DNA of 64,000 bases, from positions 1,021 through 65,020 of the forward strand of contig CAZJPJ010000005.1 in NCBI GenBank assembly GCA_964548205.1, in the 5' to 3' direction. The DNA is from an uncultured Candidatus Saccharibacteria bacterium. Lineage in GTDB: Bacteria > Patescibacteriota > Minisyncoccia > Phycocordibacterales > WO2-35-19. Positions 59,401-64,000 of this stretch are shown piece after piece. A program made the translations under genes and the position numbers. The notes below the pieces were generated by a model. It saw nothing but the letters and a program-made list of their open reading frames with translations. It had not been told where the DNA came from and ran no database searches. The stretch's first letter is position 1. Each line of letters starts with the position of its first letter.

Positions 59401-61287
59401 CCCGCTTCGGCTCTGCAGATCGCAAGCGGACAAATTTTTGCACCAAATGGTTCTATAAGCGCCCCTTCTTATAGTTTTGGTAATGATAGTAATACTGGGT
59501 TTTATCTATCAACTGGAGATGCAATTGCCTTAACATCTGGTGGCACTTCTGTATTTCAGACTGAAGGCACAACCGGACATTTATTTACTGACTCAATATT
59601 TGCCGACTCTTCTGGTGTAGAGGCTTCTTATTCTACACAGGCTACAGCTGTAAATTCTTCTGCTGGTTCAAGTGGGGCTAGCTCAGGAGCAATAAATGCT
59701 ATTTCTGATGGAGGTGGTTCAAGTATTAAAGGTGCTTTTCATGCTGGTTTGTTCGGTTCTTCAGTAGTAGATACTACCAACTGGTATGCGCTCATAGGTC
59801 AACGTATGGGAGGTACTAATTGGGACAGTACCCCTGCCGCTCTGACTCAAGGCGACTACATTCCCGGCATAGGTTTTGCAGGACAAAGCAATACAACACA
59901 AGGTACTGGTATGGAACTTTCTGCTTCTATACAGGGTATTATTGATGGAACGGTTTCAAGCGGTGTAATGCCTATTGGTTTAATGTTCCGAACCTCTTCT
60001 ACTGATAGTACTGCTCTAGCCGAAAGGTTAAGAATCTCAAGTGCAGGAAACATTGGTGTTGCTACCTCTACACCTTGGAGGAGTCTTTCTATAAATGGGA
60101 CGGCTGCGATTTCTGGTCTCTCAAACGACTCTACAGGGTACTATGTTTGTTTAAACACAACGACGTATGAGATGTCTACTTCTACCACAGCTTGTGGAGC
60201 ATCGTCTTTGAGATTTAAGAAAAACGTTCAAGATATAAACTATGGGTTAGATGCAGTTTTGAATCTAAGGCCTGTGTCATTTGATTACAAGGATACTTAT
60301 ATAAAGAATGGCCCTAAACAACTTGGATTTATAGCAGAAGAGGTAGCTAATGTGATACCGGAACTTGTGGCATACAATGACGCAGGAGAGATACAGGGTC
60401 TAGATTATCCAAAATTTACAAGTGTCTTGGTAAGGGGCTTGCAGGAGCTTAATATAAAGTTTGAATCGCTACAACAGCAAAGCGCTTTTGCTAATGCTCA
60501 AATACAAAGCTCGGCAAGTTCTAGTGCTATGCTTATCAACCAATCTGGCACAGGAGATATATTACAACTACAAAGTGAAGGGCATAGCGTGTTTGTAATA
60601 AACAATGATGGTAACGCTACTCTTATCTCAAAATCCAAACCCGAAGATTTGGTGGGAGTACTTACTATAAATAATTCAAAAGGCGAAATATTTAGTGTAA
60701 ACAGTGAAGGAGATTTGAAAGTGGGTGGTTATATATATGCAGGTAGAGATACTGCGGGTTCTGTAACTATAGAAGGGGGGGAAGCCGGAGTAGATGTGTT
60801 CTTCAGTAGGCCTTATCCAAATGCTCCTAAAATAGTCATTACTCCACAATCTTTGACTGATGCTCAGTATGCAATAACAGAAAAAAGATCAGATGGATTT
60901 AGGATAGCTCTAAACAAAGCTACAGCGGCGGAGTTGGTGTTTGATTGGATAGCAATATATCAACCAGAAGCAACTAGCTTTATAAAGATCGGAGGAAGTA
61001 TTAATACTAATAACAATACACACACAAGTGAGGAAGTAGCAGGAGTAAGCGATGAAAATAATAACGCAACATCTACACCCATAGAAAATCAAACAGACAG
61101 CTCAGATGACTCAGGTATATACATAAACACAACGGACGAAGATTTTATAGATAATAATACCGAAGTTATAACAGAAGAATTATTAGATTTAGGTGAAGAT
61201 GTTGGTAACAACTCTGTAGAAGAAAATATAGACATTTCTTCAGGGTTGTCTACAGATACTAATAATGACGACGAACCTTATCCGTGA
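53485..61287 (+). CDS. Giant (2600 aa) surface protein: HTH-like N-terminus, single TM, Gly/Ser/Thr-rich beta-repeat region with recurrent Cys pairs, C-terminal peptidase S74-type intramolecular chaperone domain, acidic tail
   Basis: aa 10-55 SKRASELTGYTSDYIGQLAKKGKIAYENIGRTTYVVEDEIL (excisionase-type HTH). TM FIFFVPVVILVILFGNILGTF (~aa 185-205). At least 6 copies of GLNLTGGCFAINGxCLSxGGGG. Near C-terminus LRFKKNVQDINYGLDAVLNLRPVSFDYKD...GFIAEEVANVIPELVAY...GLDYPKFTSVLVRGLQELN (60208-60480) matches the tail-fibre/endosialidase intramolecular chaperone domain. Confidence 0.7.
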   Translation: MDEALIIKEKKYISSKRASELTGYTSDYIGQLAKKGKIAYENIGRTTYVVEDEILSYKSISTYRSRSKKNSLSSKSDKSDNKNRSKEYQESDLMNDLKNFVLIDKDLYEESEDSDVSRNDDISMGYGRNKVLDTKIKYESDSSDLIPQTVRNIDILSARYVALRAVRNSIEDRNHGKVSRFNKFIFFVPVVILVILFGNILGTFNQVAKNFRVGNLANQTKTELVYIYKPTFDNLISNYKKIGSIFDRVSLANNSAAVANSSKFVGIKNWLGDIGMVIFKPWLANDSPVVIENQIVKETVREVVSGSSGISTSKTVYVENNDKSYVEYVDQKFFQLKDYVDTIMSRTVSRDQLSRQNDTIVSVLGRTSSGSGASSGVSNLLELDDVSLSSLSYGNLLMYNGSEWVNVSTSSLGIIGGSSSPGGSSGFIQYNNSGTFGGANNFLWDSTNERLGLGTTSPYAKLSVVGEVVAAYFTSTTTATSTFGGNLAIGGTGTSTSAGGLNLTGGCFAINGNCLSIGGGGLSSYDAWTHPAYGGSATTSLLTLSNGFLATASSTIVGNATTTGSQGVGALFVNSDYITDFTGTGLVISGTSLSASLGTSIDLTSEVTGTLPVANGGTGTTSLNDLITLGTHTSGNYLATLSGTTNQITVTGSGSETATPTLSIPNQFNIQQASTTILSVHGGGLYVGTTATTTILGTATSTFGAGIQASYLNLTGTSATSTASSGINLTGGCFAINGNCLSIGGGGLSSYDAWTHPAYGGSATTSLLTLSNGFLATASSTIVGDATTTGTFSVGTRLHVTDQGFGTTTLTGLSISGSATSTSNVGLNLTSGCFAINGTCLSTGGGGGGSDTVWLEAYAGGTGVNQNTTTYLTPGDSAFTSGSTTRFPAPSDITDATICVHISSDQPASQDLTVALQDDDVDTAAVLIIPGGSTAVNSPYCSTTASVSVAKGSLLRYRFSQAAGASSSGGVRKVSVSLTTSSGSGGSGLTSYDAWGHPLFGLSATTSQLLIGTTTASNYQLSISSSTAPQLSLSAGAGFAQTTFRNDGTNFYISTTTVAGNATTSTSALEIALGGFGTTTVRGLNINGQATSTSNVGLNLTGGCFAINGTCLSTGGGGGLSSYDAWTHPSYGGSATTSLLTLSNGLLATASSTISSSLYLPSLSQGFLYNGSNGLTSTIASSSVNLSWFNNDSGYLSSYDAWGHPLFGLSATTSQLLIGTTTASNYQLSISSSTAPQLALSAGEGINQWSFRNAGGNFYLSTTTVSGNATTSISALSIIGSSGYVSVGATSTPFAKLSVQQDSANNAFVIGNSSGTSMLVDENGRVAIGTATIPSFTGTTKFTVSGTSGTNAIVRDTTSFSSIISQGATEGNLILQDTGASSNSQAFNWNSNDGTLSLRVLNDAINGVISTPFAISSNGNVGINTSPSSIKVSIIANDNDGLSISNGTNSTLLFTPVGNGQFRLKTDSSGRWISFADGAGNADTMVVRDGRVGVATTTPSYALNSYSSSAPQLSLSAGAGFAQTTFRNDGTNFYISTTTVAGNATTSTSALEIALGGFGTTTVRGLNINGQATSTSNVGLNLTSGCFAINGTCLSTGGGGGASTTLLADFNTFSNTNNFTGAVGLSSSTPFARLSINADAGEAGLVVGSTTGTSFIVDKNGMVGIGTAVPTKALTISDSGATHTIGNGALSINSLGTTAILELFDSSSEGLAINSISSNTAFTNDGYISFEPGLVESMRLTTGGSLGLGTTTPWAKLSVGITGGDSVPEFVVGGSSSTYFLVNDVGNVGIKTSSPTSALDVNGRIVQRGSVAANLNAYLNTNAGSVASATNLAPGLLVYNDGFGGNFGLDIGNESGSYYTRIFAGDGYGIGFAFSRGAAPTSQSAFDEVMFIKSNGMVGVGTTTPGYQLTIASSTGPQLALSAGAGINQWSFRNAGGNLYISTTTIDGLATTSVSSFSILTSSGNVGIRTDSPASALQIASGQIFAPNGSISAPSYSFGNDSNTGFYLSTGDAIALTSGGTSVFQTEGTTGHLFTDSIFADSSGVEASYSTQATAVNSSAGSSGASSGAINAISDGGGSSIKGAFHAGLFGSSVVDTTNWYALIGQRMGGTNWDSTPAALTQGDYIPGIGFAGQSNTTQGTGMELSASIQGIIDGTVSSGVMPIGLMFRTSSTDSTALAERLRISSAGNIGVATSTPWRSLSINGTAAISGLSNDSTGYYVCLNTTTYEMSTSTTACGASSLRFKKNVQDINYGLDAVLNLRPVSFDYKDTYIKNGPKQLGFIAEEVANVIPELVAYNDAGEIQGLDYPKFTSVLVRGLQELNIKFESLQQQSAFANAQIQSSASSSAMLINQSGTGDILQLQSEGHSVFVINNDGNATLISKSKPEDLVGVLTINNSKGEIFSVNSEGDLKVGGYIYAGRDTAGSVTIEGGEAGVDVFFSRPYPNAPKIVITPQSLTDAQYAITEKRSDGFRIALNKATAAELVFDWIAIYQPEATSFIKIGGSINTNNNTHTSEEVAGVSDENNNATSTPIENQTDSSDDSGIYINTTDEDFIDNNTEVITEELLDLGEDVGNNSVEENIDISSGLSTDTNNDDEPYP
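54982..58235 (+). repeat. Long near-identical intragenic direct repeats inside the giant gene
   Basis: ~165-bp unit at 54982-55152, near-identical at 55666-55829, diverged at ~56774-56940. ~225-bp unit at 56563-56790, near-identical at 58008-58235, partial copy at ~57079-57215. Confidence 0.8.
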
Positions 61288-61348
61288 CTAGACGAATAGC
61301 TGCTGGAGTTTATTTAATTATAAAAATAAAAATTATTAAATTACTAAA

Positions 61349-64000
61349 ATGAAAAATGTATTCAGGAGTAATAAGAATATACTGATCGCTGTCTTGTTTC
61401 TCTGTGGTGTAATCGCGGCGCTTTCTCTAAGTATATTGCCTGGAGTGGGAGACAATACAGCCAATGTAATTGATGCTCTACCGAAGCCAGAAGTGCTCGG
61501 TGCAACCACTGATGGTTTGGTTGCATATTGGAAGTTTGATGAGGGGGCAGGTAATACTGTGACTGATCAAACTGGTGCTGGTAATGGTATAACTCTTGAG
61601 AATATAAATTGGACGAACGGAATTTTGTCTAAGGGTTTACTTTTTACCGGGGCTTTAAATGAAAGAGCTATTGCGAGTACGACAGCAAATATAACAGGAT
61701 ACCCGTTTACGTTTAGTGCTTTTATATATCCAAACGGTAATAATGGTAGCAGTAGGCCTGCGTTTAGTTTGGGTAATAGTAATAACCAATATTTTTCGGT
61801 TGGAGTAGGGGGTGGATCAACATCTAGTAATTTGTATGGGCTACTTGTTGGTAGAAATACTGTATTTGATTCTGCTCAAACTACTGGAAACAAGAATATG
61901 AATCAGTGGATGCATGTTGTTGGGGTATTTGAATCTGCCACCCAAAGAGATCTCTATTTTAATGGTCAGAAAGTGGTAACAGATACTTCACAAGTAGATT
62001 TCTTTACAAATCCGCAACGTATTAGATTCGGAGCAGTACCAGAGGCTGCTCTGACTGCGGCTTCTTGTCTTTGTATTTTAGATGAAGTGAGGATTTACAA
62101 CAGATCACTTACTGGTCAGGAGGTTTTGGATATATATAATGATGTAATAAATAATCAGGGCCAAGCAGGAGATGTAACACCTCCTGCTATAAGTTCTATT
62201 TTGGTTTCAAATATAACTGAGTCATCTGCTGATATAACATGGCAGACAGATGAGCCTGCAGATAGTGTTGTAAACTACGGTCTAACCTCTGGTTCTTTGA
62301 CTAGTCAACTCTTAGATTCAGCCACAACAACTAGTCATTCTATAAGTGTGATTAACTTGATACCAAATACTACGTATTATTATAAGATTTTGTCTAGAGA
62401 CGAAGCTGGAAATGTAAGTCTTTCTGCTACTGCAAACTTCACAACTGATGTTCCTGAAAATCCCCCAACTATAAACTCTTTTGCGGCCTCTCCTAATAGT
62501 ATAAATTCTGGTGATAGCTCTACTCTTTCTTGGGATGTTAGTGGGGCTGGATTGATAACTATAGATCAAGGTGTTGGAACTGTGACGCTTCTTAATTCAA
62601 AAGATGTGTCTCCAGTAGTAACTACTACTTATACATTAACAGCTTCAAATATAACAGGAACCTCGACTGCACAGGCCACAGTTACTCTGACAAATGAAGC
62701 GGCCGATAGACCTCCTACTCCTGTCTCTGAAAATGGTATAACCATATTAGACGCTTCTGGTAGTGATCAAGTTAATAGACCGTACACTATTTCTAGGATA
62801 TTTAAAGAGGGCGATATTCCGAATTATCCAAAAGCTGTTATAGGCGGAAGCCAGGTTGCAACCCAAGCAGATGTTAAGGCTCGCTGGGCAGACGGTAGTG
62901 TTAAACATGTAATCGTTTCTTTTATTGCAAGTGTACCAGCAAACGATAGTATAGAGGTTTCTTTCGTAAACCAAGCAACTTGTAATTGTGGCAATGGTCT
63001 TACTAGATCACAGATGCTTGATGCCAGATTTGCCTTCGATCCTCAAATCGTAGCAACACCAGGAGGTACTGTTAGTGGAAGACAAATACTTTCAGATTGG
63101 GATGGTGTAGATACAGGTTTGAATGGTAGGGGTGTGAGGTATTGGCTTAATGGGCCAATAGTGACCCAAGTTATATTGGAAGATAGGACTCCGACTAGGT
63201 CTTATGATTTGTTATTCAACGGTCATAAATCTTTCCACCCTATGTTTGTGGCAAGTTTCTATCCTTCTACTGATGAGGTGAAGGTGGAATATATAGTAGA
63301 AAATCCTTGGGTGACAGACTTACAAGATTTAAATTATGCGTTAGAATTGAAAGCCGGAGAGACAACGAAATATACTAAAGACACCTTTATTCATGAGGCT
63401 GGAGCAAGATGGAGAAAAACTTTCTGGCAAGGTTCTGAGCCTCAAGATTATCATGTCAACTACAATTTTGCGTACCTTAGTGCTGCTAAGGTAATTCCAA
63501 ATTATGATAGAAGCTTGACTATAAATGAAACTGCGATATCAGTAGAGTACAATCCATATAATAACCCTGAGCCAGCGAAGGGTGAAAACAAGGGCGATAT
63601 TTTTGGTGTTACAAACTTAGCTAAACAATATTATTGGCGTGATTTTAGTGATGGTATCGAAGAGGGCGGTTTGATGCCTAGAGATGCTACTAAGTATCTA
63701 TATACATTTGATCCAAGGCTTAGAGATGTGTTGTTCGGGGACACTGTTGTAGGTGGTGGAGGTGGGGGCACCATGGCTATGCCTGGGTATATGGCAGCTC
63801 ATTATCGAGAAGGAGACACTAATCTCATGTATAGAGATGCAAATGGTGATGATGTTGCAGATACTGATCAAGCTTTCGGCAGAGCTATATCCATAGACGC
63901 AAGACCAGATTCTCGTATTAAGCATACATATAATGAAAGAACAGGGTATCCCGCCCCTGTAGGGCCTATTTACACTAAAAGTGGTAATGGTTTTTCTTAC
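61349..64000 (+). CDS. Large secreted/anchored protein (5'-partial view, runs past window end): signal/TM, LamG-like (concanavalin-A-like) jelly-roll domain, fibronectin type III-like domain, further beta-rich domains
   Basis: Not in the ORF track (no stop in window). MKNVFRSNKNILIAVLFLCGVIAALS. LamG-like LVAYWKFDEGAGNTVTDQTG...NQWMHVVGVFES...DEVRIYNRSLT. FN3-like ITESSADITWQTDEPADSVVNYG...NTTYYYKILSRDEAGN. Confidence 0.6.
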   Translation, partial: MKNVFRSNKNILIAVLFLCGVIAALSLSILPGVGDNTANVIDALPKPEVLGATTDGLVAYWKFDEGAGNTVTDQTGAGNGITLENINWTNGILSKGLLFTGALNERAIASTTANITGYPFTFSAFIYPNGNNGSSRPAFSLGNSNNQYFSVGVGGGSTSSNLYGLLVGRNTVFDSAQTTGNKNMNQWMHVVGVFESATQRDLYFNGQKVVTDTSQVDFFTNPQRIRFGAVPEAALTAASCLCILDEVRIYNRSLTGQEVLDIYNDVINNQGQAGDVTPPAISSILVSNITESSADITWQTDEPADSVVNYGLTSGSLTSQLLDSATTTSHSISVINLIPNTTYYYKILSRDEAGNVSLSATANFTTDVPENPPTINSFAASPNSINSGDSSTLSWDVSGAGLITIDQGVGTVTLLNSKDVSPVVTTTYTLTASNITGTSTAQATVTLTNEAADRPPTPVSENGITILDASGSDQVNRPYTISRIFKEGDIPNYPKAVIGGSQVATQADVKARWADGSVKHVIVSFIASVPANDSIEVSFVNQATCNCGNGLTRSQMLDARFAFDPQIVATPGGTVSGRQILSDWDGVDTGLNGRGVRYWLNGPIVTQVILEDRTPTRSYDLLFNGHKSFHPMFVASFYPSTDEVKVEYIVENPWVTDLQDLNYALELKAGETTKYTKDTFIHEAGARWRKTFWQGSEPQDYHVNYNFAYLSAAKVIPNYDRSLTINETAISVEYNPYNNPEPAKGENKGDIFGVTNLAKQYYWRDFSDGIEEGGLMPRDATKYLYTFDPRLRDVLFGDTVVGGGGGGTMAMPGYMAAHYREGDTNLMYRDANGDDVADTDQAFGRAISIDARPDSRIKHTYNERTGYPAPVGPIYTKSGNGFSY

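Noticed and set aside
1-64000. CRISPR arrays / tRNA genes
   Set aside because: No regularly spaced direct repeats with unique spacers were seen, and no convincing cloverleaf (T-loop GTTCGAATC-type) was found. The only tandem repeats are the 15-mer x2 at 53349-53378 and the intragenic protein repeats.

Overview
Low-GC (~38%) bacterial window whose gene content suggests a Candidate Phyla Radiation / Patescibacteria-like genome. The lineage call is inference from composition and content.

Gene content, in order:
- The 3' part of an rRNA operon: 23S rRNA interrupted by a ~657-nt group I intron at the E. coli U2593-equivalent site, then 5S rRNA.
- A ~30-kb cell-envelope glycan biosynthesis supercluster (3.7-34.5 kb) with at least 10 glycosyltransferases, a WbaP-like initiating phosphotransferase, a Wzx flippase and an O-antigen-ligase/TPR protein. 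It also carries two SAM methyltransferases, a TupA-like ATP-grasp protein, DUF362, SDR epimerases, an ArnT/PMT-like GT-C protein, a GT2 + GT-C fusion and a HAD-phosphatase + UbiA prenyltransferase fusion.
- SecD/SecF and a TraG/VirD4-like ATPase embedded in that cluster.
- A 1.35-kb GC-rich (~55%) island carrying two tandem DUF218 genes with a canonical AGGAGG ribosome-binding site.
- secA, then HIT, NUDIX (plus a G6-homopolymer frameshifted NUDIX paralog), HD, DUF1761, DedA and AI-2E genes.
- An alpha-glucan cluster: glycogen-synthase-like GT, GH57 and GH15.
- A P-type cation ATPase, a MYG1 protein and gatB.

The most unusual region is the 3' end (51.6-64 kb). It holds a degenerate IS200/COG1943-like transposase gene, an AT-rich spacer, and a small excisionase/MerR-type HTH gene. 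That HTH gene is divergently transcribed from a 2600-aa giant protein. The giant protein has an HTH-like N-terminus, one TM helix and a huge Gly/Ser/Thr-rich repeat region with recurrent Cys pairs. It also has a phage-tail-fibre-type C-terminal intramolecular chaperone (peptidase S74) domain. A large LamG + FN3 secreted protein follows and runs off the window.

No CRISPR array and no tRNA gene were recognised.
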